A stretch of 64,000 bases of DNA from Tubulanus polymorphus (lineage: Eukaryota > Animalia > Nemertea): assembly GCF_964204645.1 (NCBI RefSeq), contig NC_134025.1, positions 29,802,299 to 29,866,298 on the forward strand, given 5' to 3'. The translations under genes were made by a program, and so were the position numbers. Positions 1 to 14,900 of the stretch are shown piece by piece (within the stretch, counting starts at the first letter, position 1; every line of letters begins with the position of its first letter). Under the pieces are notes generated by a model, which did not search any database, was not told the DNA's origin, and saw only the letters and a list, made by a program, of their open reading frames with translations.

Positions 1-3000
1 TAAAAGTGCAATACATAACCTACTTCAATCTTCCGAGCAAATATGAGACGACAGGAGATATGAAGATCAGTTGATTTCCTCATTGGATGATTGCCTTTCC
101 TTGGCATAGTTCAGTTCGGATGTTCTGAATAACTTGTCGATTCGATTTCCTTTCGGTTTTACCGAGCCATCAAAAAAATGTTTTTCATATCCAATTAACT
201 CGTGATATACTACCCAGCACTACGACCAGTAGCCGTTTAAGCGTTGCGGTTTCTGGATAAAATTGATGAGACACGGGACATACTTTATCAAAATCATAGC
301 GATCCCTCTAAACCCAAGAGTTTGAAATTTAATGGGACGTCATCAAAATGTCACAGGTCTTCCCTCTCTCACTCTCCCTTTTAAGCTTTGTGATACATGC
401 TTTTTAATAACTCGCCCATTGACGTTATTTTGTCCGTGTGTTTATGCAATTTATATGCAATGAATATTCCGATCAATTTTTGATGTGGCAGATCAGCCTA
501 ATCTAACCTGTCTGTCTAGACAACTCATCACTCTAAATCCTGTTATTGATGTCTACCCCCAAAAAGAAAAGGTTAACGTTGCTTGTTGAGGTTCAGATTG
601 AAGATACTCCTGCCATTCTTACTAAGACACGTCTATGATGGAAGTTATGTCAAAATGTCATGCAATTTGAATTGTCAGAAAAGAAGCTCATAAACATCCG
701 TGGAATCATCACTGATTACATTGATGTACTCGTAGGAGAGCGAGTCAACTAGACTTCAATCAAAAATACGAAGTCAGTGAGGTAGGTCAGTTCTTGACAC
801 ATTTGTTTTACAAACGACACTACAATTCTCTTTCAAGTAGTTTTCTCGACTTTGCCTCTAACCCAATTTTATGGGATCTAATTTGTGGCTTGATTCCAGC
901 GCAAATAAATGATGTGTATAAAGTCGTTATTTTGGGGAGCGATCATTAAAATGCATGCGCTCACTCGGGAAGCTGTTGAAACGAAAGTGTTTTTTGCATC
1001 TCCAGACATCAATATGATCATTAAAGCTTTCTTCCTGCAGACACTGTCCATGTTTCCAGTGATCGTAAAGCTTCAACGTTTGAAGAATAACTTACCATTC
1101 TATGCTATCTACCAGTTCGTCGCCAGCATCTATTTTATTTCTTTGTACCAATTACGAAGACATCAAGTTACAACTGACTGAAGATCAGAAGACGCCGCGC
1201 GGCCCACATTATCGTTTTAGCTGAAGACGTTTGTTACACTTTTTACAACCCGATGCATACGTCTCGAAACTTCTAAAAATACGAATCGTGCGGAGCTGAG
1301 GTTCTTGCACGTAAAAATCATACAAACGCTTCCTCGATGGGGTCACCGATACCTGAAGACTACATCTTTTACGTTCAAAGATATTTTGAGAAATACGCGA
1401 TGCAGAAATTGAGAAGAACGTAGCATCGTCGTGTAATGTTGTATATTGTAAAGGACGGTAGTAGTAGTTACACCCACTCTCATCTATATGCCTGACTGGT
1501 AACGACATCTTGATATCACACATTCCTCTCGGGAGAATAAAGAAAATCATTAGGGAACGTATAAGCCTCTTTAGGATTTCCTGAAGACTGATAGATAGCA
1601 ACAGATAACATGAAAGACAGTGAAGATGCAAACAAATGATTCTGTCACAACTTTCTGCATTGGTCCACCTTCGTCTCTATACGATGATGACTATCGGTGA
1701 TGTGTTTTACGACTTACGCGAAGTAGGAATCTCAACTGGGTTCTTTTAGTCGAGAGCAATTATCGTTGACAGAAAATTAAGATTTTCTTAGAAACAGACG
1801 ATTTATCTCAGTCAAAAACTGGCCGTAGATAATTCGAGTGTGTGTGAGGCGTCTTAACATTCTGAACCGAATCACAGGCGTTCACAATGAACATCAACGT
1901 TATTACGCCTGCAGGAAATTTCAAGCGAAGTATCAGAATTTATTTCATCTCAAAACGATCAATTCGACACTGTGGAAGAAAAACAATAACGCCAACATCA
2001 ATTTTCAACGAAGCTGCGAAACATTGATAAAATTCTCAGAAAACGTCTCGCGTCAATATGAGAATCAATTAAAACAAGATTAACCAACCAGAAAAAAATT
2101 CCAATCTACTTGTATAGAGTACATACTTATAGAAACAGAGCAAATATTAGCAACATCTTATATTAATATCTATATTCATCTTACAGAATTCATGTCACTT
2201 CGAATGACCTTGTGTCGTGATCTAAGAGGTCAATGTTTATGGAGACCTTTACTGATCGAGGGGACATTCCCATATTTTAAGAACAAAAATTTCGTTTTAA
2301 AATTGCATGTTCGTTTATAACCTAATTAATTTGAGACGAGAGCAAAACTCAAATAACAACTGCCGAGTATAGAATAGTTGATTCTCACATTTGGCTGAAC
2401 AGCGCCAGGCCAACGTGCGGAATTTCGGCGAACTAAACAAAAAGAAACGACTGCGACTTCCGAGTCGCGCGCATAGTGCAGTCGTTTCTCCGGAAATGTG
2501 CCATACTCCGACATTCTGCGAGGTTTTTTATCCAGAAAAAAATCTGAAAAATCTTTCAACACGAACAACAGACTGATATAGGTGTTCCAATCGCACCTCA
2601 CTGGTACGAGCACGGCTGACTGTATGCTGCATGCCAACAACGAACTCGGACAAGACGTTTTTCAATAAAAGAAGGCATACTCCACGGAGATCCCATGTTT
2701 ATTCAATCAATCAATCAATTTCAGATACAAAAATTCGTTCGAAAAAATCTACAAACGGACAGCGTTAAGATACGATATTGAAAACTAAAAGCAAGTGCCA
2801 TTTTTACAAAGCATTTTATAATCGATGATTTATCGTCATAAGTAAAATCATTCTCTTAACTACATTTAATACGTTTTCTCATCGAATACTAAGTCAATAT
2901 CTATATACATCGTTTTAATACCTAAATCTTCGAAGGTTTCAAAGAGCCAGTAAAATACACTGGAACATGTGGCAAAGAATGATTACGGACATTACGGACA

Positions 3001-3872
3001 CTTGCCATTGATTCATAAATATAAATATAGAAAATTACAATCATAATTGTAGCGTATTGCAAAGAAAGTAGTTTAGAGAATTCTTAACGACTGAACAGAG
3101 GAGCGACGGGACAGTATACTCAGCAATAAATATGTTAAAGCGCTATAGAAGCCAATAGACCAGTGAATTAATAAATTACCAGACCCTACACTTACAACCA
3201 TCGCATATTTACGAGCAGATATCATTTTCCACTAACTATCAAACTTCATTTTTTTTGATTCGTTTAAACTTGAGGTTGAATTAGAAATTAATCCGAATTG
3301 AATGTATATCTATGGTATATATCTGATGATAAAAGTAAAATCAATCCGGCGATTCCACATGTCTATATCTACTTATATATACCACAGAGCTTGGACACCG
3401 AGCTCGTAGAGAAATGGTTATACTCAAATATTAAGTCATGATTACATTCGATTCATCGTTTTAAGTAAATTTTGATTTGTAAATTCTACATCAGTTTGAC
3501 ATTAATAATCAACATATAAAACATGTCTCATCAAACCCTGTAAACATATATCATCATCACCAAACCCCTTAATGTCATTCATCTCAATAAATAAAACTTG
3601 ACGTCATCATTTGCAGCACATTTTACTCAGTTCCTTGTTATTTAAACGCTCTTAGTGAGAACGACGACCGGTAACTTTCATGACAAAACATACGTAAATG
3701 ATTTCTGCTAAATCATCAGAAAGTTTTTCTACAAACAAATAACAATCGACCGATCCTTCAACGATGGATACAAACACAAATAGTCGTTATCTATTCGACG
3801 ATCATATTCCGCACAAATTGCTGCGTCCGGTGATAAAAAATGTTCTTCTATTTTTATTGATGTTTGTCTGTT

Positions 3873-6800
3873 TTACACGACTGTCGACGCGCTAATTGTC
3901 GACGTTCGCTGTCCATTATCCATTTTATTAGTGTCGTCATATTTTTTATGGTCATCAATTAAAGAACCGGTCGTGGACGGTGCTGAAGAAGCTGTCGAAG
4001 TGTTTAACAACGCGTTAGGATTCTTTTTATTGTACCGATTACTCAATCGCTTTCTGTCCAACGAATTGAAATTGCTTTCTCGTTCTTTCTCCATCAATCT
4101 ACGCGACGCTTCTTTGCGATTCTTTTCCCAGCGACAGTAAACAATTAGCAAGACTATCGTCAAGATAACAAGTGGTACTCCAACCCCGATACACACTCCC
4201 ATGATGATAATAGTTTTCTGTTGTTCATCCGCTGAAAAGTAGGAAACGTATTTAGATATTTACATCGAATATCGAGGGCTTTAGAATGTATGTATTTTCT
4301 ATAAAAATAATCAAATCATTATAGTCTGAAAGGTTGTATGAATGCTTGATTGGTAATATTCGGCTCACCGCTGGGGGTTAGAGCGCATTTACAATCCGAT
4401 AACACGCTGCAGTATTACGGATATCAACGGTCCGTCAATGAAGTACCCCTCGTACTAATTATCCCCGAGGAATTTCGGCAATCCTTGATTGATTAATTAC
4501 TGAAGATTAAACACAGCGGGGAAACAAAAACACCAAGGCGATAAATGAAAATATTGACAGCTAGTTACTGTTTACAGGAGAATAGGCGCCATTAGTGTGT
4601 AACAGTAATACTGAGACCTATATAGATGACGTATCATAGGGAACTAATTCATTTTTTTTCTCAAATTGACAAATACGATATCGCAGAAGCCCCTAGCTTC
4701 GGCAGAGCAACGCGAAATGTCAAAGCCCTATAAAGTCACACGGAAGCGACAACGGTCGGTATATTTGATTACTCAGACCAATAAAAGACTTCCAGATATT
4801 TAACTGAAAGTTGCACCATCCAAGCCGACGGACGCCCTAGTCTGAATACCAGACGATGGTCGGGTTCCTCAGGCTGGTGTTGTGGGGGGTTCGGGGGAAG
4901 TGAACCAAGCACCTAAAATGTTCAAAGAGCCCTTCAAAAAGTGCTCGTCGTGTTTTTTGTTTGGAAAATGAAAAATGATCATTCCGTAAAAAGTCTTTAA
5001 TTACTCGTAAATATGTCATTATTGAATATTGGAGATAAATATTAATTCAACGCCATATAAATTATAAACGTTGTTTAAGTTTAGTTTATCGAAAAAAATC
5101 ATATTTAAAATCAATCTTTTTTCAATAGGATAGTGCCCCTTTTTCAAGAAGATAGTGCCCCATTTCACTGTGAAAAAGTGTCATTTTTCCTTGGACTGCT
5201 CCTCGTTAAAAGCTCGGCTCGGGCCTTTTCCCCTACGTCGTTTAGGAACAACGGCTATAGATACTAGACACCCGTACAAAATATATACATACGACAATTT
5301 TCCTCGTCACTCAGGTCATTACTGCAATCGTTATAACCGTTACATCTCAGTCCCGGATCTAAACATTGAGCCGATTTAGTGCAACGGAATTGAGTCGGAT
5401 TGAAACATTTCGGCAACTCTGAAAAAACAAAAGAGACAAATAGAATTATATGGAAATATGCAGAGGTCATAAGAAAGGTCATGAATTTTGATTTATTAGA
5501 TTCCTAAACTGTAACTTGAGATTTTTGCTCTTTTTTAAGTTATTTCGTATTAAGTATGTATGTATATGTCTGGTTACATTTACACAACTGGGATATTTTC
5601 ACTCGATATCAAAAGCTTTGACACCAAAGCCACACTATAGCTAACTAATTACTCATTAACCTGAATTCGTAGGTTCCAGGGGCCTCTCAATACGGGCTAA
5701 GCTCATTTACGTTCTACAACCAATCTAACTGAATAACCGGGGTAAGACCAAAAAACTTTGCATTTTGTTAAGTCGATTGTGGACCGAAGTCCATATTTTA
5801 GATTAGTGACCAATTCGGAATTCTTCAACCCTGAAATACATCGATGATTCAGAGATCAGTGAACTAATTCCGCGATCATCAGAATTAACTGAATAATCGC
5901 CTTATAAGTGACCTCGATTAAAACAGTTTTATAGGAAAACGTATTGAATTGAACGCTTCATCGAGTCGACTATATGTTAATCATGCAGAGTTCAATTTCC
6001 GATCATCTACAACCGATACATGTTCCCCATAAGCCGTAATCATCATCCCCCAACCATTACTATTTTCAGATGACTTATTTCTCCATCCGGTTAGAAATAC
6101 TGATCACAGATAAAATGCAATGACAGTTACCAGATAATTACTCCGAATATATTGACTCTTTTGCTACAAAACAAGCCATATTTCATAGTTCACACTACTG
6201 TGTTGTGTACTAGTGATTGGTCAAAGTTGAAGAACATATTTCTTCGTAAATTTCGATGTTTCAATATTGCGATGTCTGAGTGCATAGAGATAGGATACTT
6301 ACGGGCATTTTTGCAATCATTGAAATAGATAACGGTATCATCTAAAAACATCCAACCGCTGTTTGTAGCTGTCCAATCCATTTGTATAAGTATCTAGAAA
6401 ACGGTAAATATATACGTTTAGATATTGTAACACAAATAGATCTACGAAATATTTCTGTTTTCTCCATGAGACAATCAACCCGAATTTTTGTAAACTGTAA
6501 GTCAAATACTGTCAGACAAATATGCAGCATGGGACATTAAATAACCGGTCATTTGACAGTTTTTAACTTCGAGCAATTGTTTTGATGAGTCCCGGTACAC
6601 GAAACTAGCGATCCGAATTTTTCATCTAATGGTTCTCGATTAGATGTGATGGGTGTTTAATGGAGAAAGACACAGATAATAGACACAATTCCTACTATTT
6701 ATCAGACAATTAATCATTATATCAGCCATCAGAAAATAACTCCTATACCGGCAGGCTCGAAACAAATATAATCAAAAAAGTGTAAACCGAGGATATACAT

Positions 6801-9009
6801 TATAATGGTACAAAAATTGCTCAAGTCAAATACTGTCAAATCGTGTAAAGGGAAACTACATAATACTTTGTTTATTTACCTTAAATCCGTCAGCAGTTTG
6901 TTGAGTAATTGTATGTTCGATCAACTGATAAGGAGGACTGGGCGGGTTGATAGTTAACTCTTTCTTGAGAAGTTCAGTCTTCACACCTTTAGTATCTTGC
7001 AGTAAAACGCGTAAGGTCGGTTTTTGAGACTGGCTCAACTGGAAATAATAGCGGGTCCAGAACCGCAGACATCTGTTTTTACTGGTGAAGTTTAGTAGAG
7101 GTGAGATAAACTGGGCTTCATTTATCTTCGATAAAACTACCATATGTCCTTCCATATCTTTATCTACGTAAAAACAGAAACCGAACCGATGTTTTTAATA
7201 CAATCTTTTACAATCGTGAAAAAATTGTTTTATACTTCTAATGAATATAAATGAGGTTTTTGTTAAACTGGTATCATAAATCTTGGGTTTTCTCTGGAAC
7301 ATAAAATCTGATGGGGCTGTCCTAGTTCTGTAAGTAGTTTTTGTTCTATAAACTTACTGTACGTGTGCTCTCTAATGTAAGTCTCACGTCCTGTGTGTTT
7401 TACAGTCCATGCACCAGGCGGATTGCTTGTCCACCCGCAATCACCGTTTTCGAATGTGCAGTAAAATTTCGAACCCTCTGAAAAAAAAATTGTCGAAAAT
7501 CTTAAAGAATTTTGTACTTAGAAATCGAGAAACTCCAATCAACGTTTATTGAAATGGAATTCTGGACTGCTTTCAATAGATAATGAGATTTTGATTTGAT
7601 TTATTATCCTCCCCCATTGGATTGGCATTCTCATTTATTTCTCTCCGATCTCGCCTTATTCTCGAATCGATGAAATTAATTTACTTTTCAAAAAGTACTG
7701 AATAGAAGCGGGGCAGTTGTGAATGATGACACTAATTACTCGACCTCGGTTGACGACAAATTAGGATATCTACACACACACACACACGCCGGGGGAGTGC
7801 AACAGATCGTAAACTATTGAAGCTTTACATTTTTCAGGGCAATTTGATGAGATGTGTATTGATAGTAATGTACAAATATAACGTAGAATTGAATGATTGC
7901 CACTGTTAGAGATCTCTATACTCATGACAGCAGATACCGTAGTCGGGTTGAAGTCCTTATAAGGACAAGCGACTCAAATGTCAATACATTTCCTCGCGAT
8001 AACGAAGAGAAAACGGGAACCGATTTCCGCGTATGTTTTGGTAATTTCGCCTTAAAAAGAATAACTACCACACGTTTCTTAACAACGTATAGGAATCTGG
8101 TGGTAAACCCCGAGGGAATTAAAATAATGACTCAGTTTTAGTTGCGACCACAACACACCTCATATTTCCATGCTGACTCATTTAATATGGACAGTTTTAA
8201 CAGTAACCGATATAGACTTGCACTTAAAACTACAGAATATTATATCCATTAATTCTTACATTTCTATCTATATTACGAATATGTTCAGTGGTATTTACAA
8301 CTATGGCCCGGTTTTGATAAACGTAGCCCTATATATCATATATCTTGTTGAGACATAAAATTGGTCGGTCACTTGAGTCCAGGTGGCGAACGTCCCTATA
8401 TGTAAAATATCTATGCATGTCAATACATTGTATTACGATGCACGTTTTAACAATGAAATAATATATGGACCGTTTTTACTTTCTGGTGGTGTCATATACA
8501 TATTTTCTATATGATATTTTCTCTTCAGAAAGATGAGTAGTTAACGACGCCATTTGGAACAGGCAAATAAAAACTACAAAATCGTCAAAACGTTTAAAAA
8601 ATGTTCACCATTCCCATTACAATATACACAAAACGCTGACACACATATGTCGTATAATGCGTCTGTTGATTTTCACATATGAAAATACGTACACAGGTTT
8701 TTGATTGCCGCAATTAAAAATGAACTAGACGTTATATGTTGTTATACCACACAGTTTTGATATCAAAGCCAAAGAGAAATCGTACATTTGTGCTAGACGA
8801 GGTGAAATTGGAGTTGAGTGAACAGAATTACGATCAACTATTATCTTATCTTTGTTCGTGCCATTTGTCTTACCTGGTTTGGTATTTGGTTCGTTCGCTT
8901 GTGTTGTAGATTTGGCTACTGCAGCTGCCGAAGTCGATGAAATATTTAACCAGAACAAAATACTGAAACACAGAAGTCCAACAGAAATAGCCGACGACGC
9001 GCTCTCCAT
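3873..9009 (-). CDS. Type-I membrane protein with signal peptide, MAM domain, one LDL-receptor class A repeat, TM helix and short cytoplasmic tail (multi-exon)
   Basis: Exons joined by eye: 9009-8874 (MESASSAISVGLLCFSILFW signal peptide); ~7478-7357 (FYCTFENGDCGW, MAM start); ~7165-6880 (AQFISP..CLRFW, MAM); ~6395-6303 (GWMFLDD, MAM end); ~5419-5292 (CFNPTQFRC..CLDPGLRCNGYNDCSNDLSDEENC, LDLa); ~4232-3873 (TM GVCIGVGVPLVILTIVLLIVYC plus basic tail). Confidence 0.8.
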
Positions 9010-10034
9010 TCTTTGAAGAATTCGGCAACTCAAAACTAGTTATAACAAAACAGATATAGTCCAATGTCTATACGACAGTTATCTCTCCTGACAGTGGTGA
9101 CGACTCTTTCCAGTAATTATTACACACAAATATGATATGATCGTGGCAACTATTATGTAATTCAATGGTAGATTTTGATTCGTGACCTCATCTACGTAAA
9201 TGCCGGCGTTACCATCATGTCGTGACTAACTAACGTAGAGCGACATACAGCGAGTAGAGCGAGACATTCGTTCCGATTACAAACCGAACGCCATACTGTG
9301 TACAAAGGCCAGGGAGAACTAAGCTAACACAAAGGCCGGTATTCGCACAATAGCAGGCTGACTATGTCAATCCTTTTTCAACGGGTTCACCCGTCGAGTC
9401 GGCCCCCTTTCCAATCTAAAGATTAAGCCCTTAAACAAAACGCAGTTTCCTGTCTTAAAAAAAAGAATGTAGCGATTATTTTCCGTTTCTTTCATTGTTC
9501 ATTGAGTCAGTGAAGGGCTTTGTTAAGGCGGGAATATGAACATGGAATGCGCCGCGAGACGATACTCTGGAATAACTGATGGGCTGATTCATCCGTACGG
9601 GAAAATTTTGCAATCAAATTTGAGATGCAGGTTTTTCCGAGAAAATCTGAGACAATTACAACATTCTCGGTGCTTCATTATAAACGATCAGTGCGAGATA
9701 AAAATGATCGTCGTAATTACTGTAATCACTTTGAATCAAATTTCTTTTCATCGTTTTAGTACCAGCGATGCTCAGCCACGTGCGGGGAATCGGTTTGTAG
9801 CTCATATCATCGAATGCTCAGTTTGGACGGGAATGCTCAGCTAGCTTGACAGCTAGTTGACACAGGCACGGTTAGGCCAATGCAATTTTCAATATGTAAA
9901 TACATGTATTCATAAAACATATCCAGAAATAAACATACAAAAACACTAGTAAATTACTTAATAACTGTCTATTTATTATGTAAAACAACTCGACGACAAT
10001 TTTATTCAGTTGGCCTTAAACACAAATCTTTAGT

Positions 10035-11146
10035 TCATTCTAAATCATCCATAGTCATCACTGTCGGTCCCTGTGAGGACGCTGCAGCTAATCTCTGAAA
10101 AAATACGATTACACGTATCATCATTAAAATTATAGAAATAACTTCATTGAACTGTTAATCATACAAGTCTGAAAATGTTTCAGCTAGCGGTTTATATCAA
10201 CAAATGCCTATAAAACGTTTATGTAAACATTTCAACTATATCTGAATGTTCATCTTCAGGAATACTAGAAACTTGCGGATACCTTTCTGGACTCCATTCA
10301 TTCTTTAAATTATCATCACATACAAGTACACAGTGTTTCATCCATATGATAAGTTAGATACCTGATCACAGACTCAAACAGGAACTACTATAAGGATTGG
10401 ATTGAATACATACCGTTGGTGCTAATGACACCGATTCAATAAGTAATTGAAAAACTTGTGGAGGGAGAGTTTGCTGCAGTACTTGCAATAACTGACTCGG
10501 TTGACCACAAACAGCTACAGCATTGCTTAAATGTTCAACTCCCCTTTCAACATCACCTGAAATTAGATATCGATATAGAAATTAATATTATTTCTAAGGC
10601 ATCTATTGTTCGGAACTAGAAATGCTGAAAGTGAATTGAAATTATTGACTCTTTACCTTGAGCCAACAATTCTTCTCCTTTTTGAATTTCTTGCATGAAA
10701 AACTTCTGCATAGCTTCTGTATCTTTAAGATCTGGAATCTGAAAAGAACATTAAAAATTATGTAATTTCAACTTACTATATAAAACAATGATTCACAAGA
10801 GCAGATTAATTAGAAATCAGGGATCAGTTACTCAGAAGTTGGTTAAAGCCTTTCATGAAAATCTTTTACAAACCTGACTTGTGCTTGTTGGTTTTTTAGT
10901 TTGTTGTTTAGCTTTTCTCCTCCCTACAAAAACGGAAAAATATCACAATCAAATTACTGTGAGAATTCTTTTAAAAGCAATCTCTAAATGCTGAATAAAG
11001 ACGACGTACGTACTTTCTCGGAGTTTCTCTTTAAACAATGGGTCACTTCTGCGTTTTCGATCGAAATAAAAGCAGTAACCGATGAAGCATAAACCAGCCC
11101 CTGCTGCAGCTATTCCAAATGTTGTTTTAGACATCATCATCATCAT
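10035..11146 (-). CDS. TOMM20: Mitochondrial import receptor subunit TOM20 (multi-exon)
   Basis: N-terminal GIAAAGAGLCFIGYCFYFDRKRRSDPLFKEKLRE; later exons PDLKDTEAMQKFFMQEIQKGEELLAQG and GVEHLSNAVAVCGQPSQLLQVLQQTLPPQVF; ends MDDLE-stop at 10035. Confidence 0.95.
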
Positions 11147-11955
11147 CGCTTACGATTTCCTACAAAAGGTGAAATTCATTCGACAAAATTAATTACAAAG
11201 TAACTGAACTTATGAAAGGAAGCTTCATCTCAAAGTGGGAAACTGGACTCCTATCTTTCTTCAGATCGGCGGCAGGTCAGGACACGCAGTGAGGTAGACC
11301 TAATTATTACCTGTCCTGCGGCCAGCGACACCAACATCACGTCGCCACGGCACGCACCACAAGTCAACAAGAATGATTGGTTATCTCTACTATAGACTAC
11401 TATCCGGCGCGGCGTGAGGCTGAACAGATCCCCACACAAGGTCATAATTAAACAAGTCTTTCGGAGGGAAATAGTCGTGACTTTATGTAGGATATAGACC
11501 GTCGGGCATACGGAAATATGTAGAAAATTGCTCGATAAAGAAACATTACCTCAAAAAATCAACCGGGGGCTATGACTAAATACTGCACTTGAAAACCATT
11601 TCCGGGTTTTGGACATCTGGTCGGACGCCATCAATACAATTTAATTGAAAATATATTGAAATACGAAGATGTAATTTAAACACCAATTTACTTATTTGAG
11701 CGTTTTTTAAATTGAATAAAATGCTACCGATAGAATGAATAAATTAAAATCATTGTTTCGATGGATGACTAACGTTAGATCGATCAATTTAAATGAATTG
11801 AATTGATGATAGATTGATGATGATAAGTCATATGTTTCGAGCATATTTTTAGGATTTCTCGTGCAATAAAATCTAGGAATCTATACGTGGCATGGCATTA
11901 GTTTATAGAGAGTTTAAACCAATCTGATAGAATAGCAGTACGCAGACAGAGAATA

Positions 11956-14900
11956 ATGGAAGAACGGGTAACTTTCTTCAAAATCCAGATTTCATTTCAA
12001 TTTCATTCAGTCAATTGACAACTGACAGCTGTCAACAAACAAGTCACAAATACAAAACATTAACCTCAATCTGATCAGATACAAATGAAACATATCTATT
12101 TCAGGTGATTTTTTGTAGAGAAGGTGTTTTTCTGCACGCGACCGTTCATAACCAAGATGATGACGATTCTCTTGTTCCGGGAAGAATTATTATCACTGAG
12201 AAAGTATGTTCGACCACCCACCCCCTACCCTGATGTAGGACCCTCTCTGACTCTTTTACTTCTCTTTATCTAACTTCAGGCTATAGGAACATTCATCGAA
12301 TGGAACCCTGTTGATATAGAGTATGATGTCAGTGATAATCAAAACACTGATGCTGAATGGGCCGTCATAAACGCCGTTTCTCAGAATTCGCATTCAGGTA
12401 AAAAATATTCTCTCATCAAAATATTCTTTGTTTCAGGCCTCGGAATCTGATGTTGTACGTTATTGTTTTTTTTTTTTTTTTTTCAGAAACTGTAACCTTC
12501 ACTAAAGACAGTAGCTCAGTATCGGGACCGCACAGTAAAGCGACAGTATCAACTCACAACAAGCCACCGAGACCTCACAAACAAATCATTAATTTCGATA
12601 TAACCGATCTAAAAAGTTTCAAACGCTCAAATCCTAGTCTCGGTTGGTCTTATATTCATTTCTTATTGAAAGATGGAACGACGTACCCTGCTTTACATTT
12701 CCACCAGGGAGGAACCACCGCCTTGATTAAACATCTCGAGAAATATCTATCGATTAAAAGGTTTGTCAGATAAATCACCACTGCATTAGACTTATCTAAA
12801 TTAACCCTTTCAGTGCTGACTATTTGATACCCGAAAGTGCTGAAAATGATTTGAAAATTTTAAGAAATTCCACCCCAGTGTATTTACCACAAAGGGCACA
12901 CCATTTGAGTGCGTCTACACTGCGGCGCGGTGTATCATCAATTACCAATATTTCAATATGTTTGATAGATGCTGCCATCTTTCTATAGAGATACAAACTT
13001 ATTACTGAATTACTGATAACAACAATACACCGCGATGCAGTGTACTAGCAAAGTCCATCACTTGATTTACGCACCCCACTAAGCTGGGGGGTAGATATGC
13101 TAAGGGGGTTAAGCGGGTTTGACTTAATATTCTAAATTCATTAACAGAAGATGATATTGTAATTTGATCTCAGTAATTCTTGTGCACCGTGAAGTAAACC
13201 TGATAAAGTTGTCTCGTCTTGTCTCGCATAAACAGTTTATTGAACGATTGTTTCAGGTCTGCGAATAACAGTCAACTGTATCTAGTTAGAAAACATGATC
13301 CGGGTGCTCTTCATAAATCATTCGATGAGTTACAACTATTCGGTGATTCTTCTGCTGATTTAGTTTCCGTAAGTTCAGATATTGCGCACGAAATCTCGAA
13401 TATCATCACAGAAGCGATAACAATATAAACCTCGTATATCCTTTTAAATCTTTGGAATTATTTTACAACATTTCGTTTTTCAGAAATTCATCAAAGATCC
13501 GTATTCTACGACACTGGGCGGATTTAGTAAAGTTACGAATTTTCTGAATCTGTTGGTCGCTGACCCGAATTCAACAACGAGACCTCGAGAAGAAGAAGTC
13601 GTTAATATGATTCAAGAAGAACTTCCCGGAGTTGATATTAATAATAAAGATGAACCCGGTTTTGAAATGATAACTTGCGTAAGTTACAATCATTGCTGTA
13701 TAAACATTCATGTTTATTGCGCGTGTTCACTGTACAATGATTGAAGAGTGGTATATTTAATCAACAGGCTTCGCTGCCACCGAGACAAGACGTTACTCGC
13801 GAAGATCCACTCTCTCCCCAAGAGTGGTCAAAACACATGAAACCTGATGGACAAATTACTGATATAGAGAAACTTAAACAAAAAATATTCAGAGGAGTGA
13901 GTAGAAGTCATATTGTTTGAAGCGTAAGAGTTAGATGTTTGAGGTTAAGACGACTGATATTTTTACAGGGTGTCGATCCATCAATTAGAATCGAAGTGTG
14001 GAAATTCCTTCTGGATTATTATTCATGGGAATCAACGTATAAATCCAGAATTGAAGAAAGGAAGAAAAAAGTGTGAGTTGCACGAAAACGTGAACAGGAA
14101 TGTGTCTTCATGTTTTATATCTTGTTTATTTTTGTTGTTTCAGAGACGACTATTTCAGAATGAAACTTCAATGGAAATCTATCAGCAGCGAACAAGAAAA
14201 ACGATTTAGTCAAGTCAGAGATCGGAAGAGTTTGATAGGTACGACTCAATTCACCTCATTCAGGGTTTATTCCTGTCCTCGAAATTTCTACACCTCGCTA
14301 CACGTCTTTATGATAGGAGAAATAAATAAAAATGTTGAATCTATTTTCAGAGAAAGATGTGAATAGAACCGATAGAACTCATGTATTTTTCCAAGGCGAA
14401 AATAATCCTAATTTGCAGGTTTTGAATGATGTGCTTATGACTTACTGCATGTATAACTTTGATCTGGGTAAATATCATTTTTAAATCATCATTAATCACA
14501 TTCTTTATCTTCTGAAATATTTTACTGAAATATTTGTATGGTTTATGATTGCAGGCTATGTTCAAGGAATGAGTGACCTGTTGGCTCCAATTTTAGTTGT
14601 AATGGAAAATGAAGTTGATGCATTTTGGTGTTTTGCTGGGTATATGGAAATAATGGTGAGTCTCACGGACACCTGGATCCAGTTCCACGACAGTTGTGAG
14701 TTTGAGTTAACTAAGTTGAAATAAGTTCATTTTCAATGAGTTGACTCAAAACTGTCATACTGGGTCCTGCTTATTGCTGGTAAATTATCAAATATTGCAT
14801 TGATTTATTGAAATTCATTCCCATTTTTATAGTGTTCAAATTTTGAAATGGATCAACAGGGAATGAAAGATCAGTTGTCAAGACTGCACACACTAATTCA

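Noticed and set aside
909-2640. ORFs of 60-140 aa in the first 3 kb
   Set aside because: No recognisable motifs or consistent exon structure; likely UTR or intergenic sequence.
11147-11955. TOMM20 and TBC1D15 head-to-head as a mitophagy-related functional cluster
   Set aside because: Divergent housekeeping gene pairs are common in compact genomes, and nothing beyond adjacency supports it.
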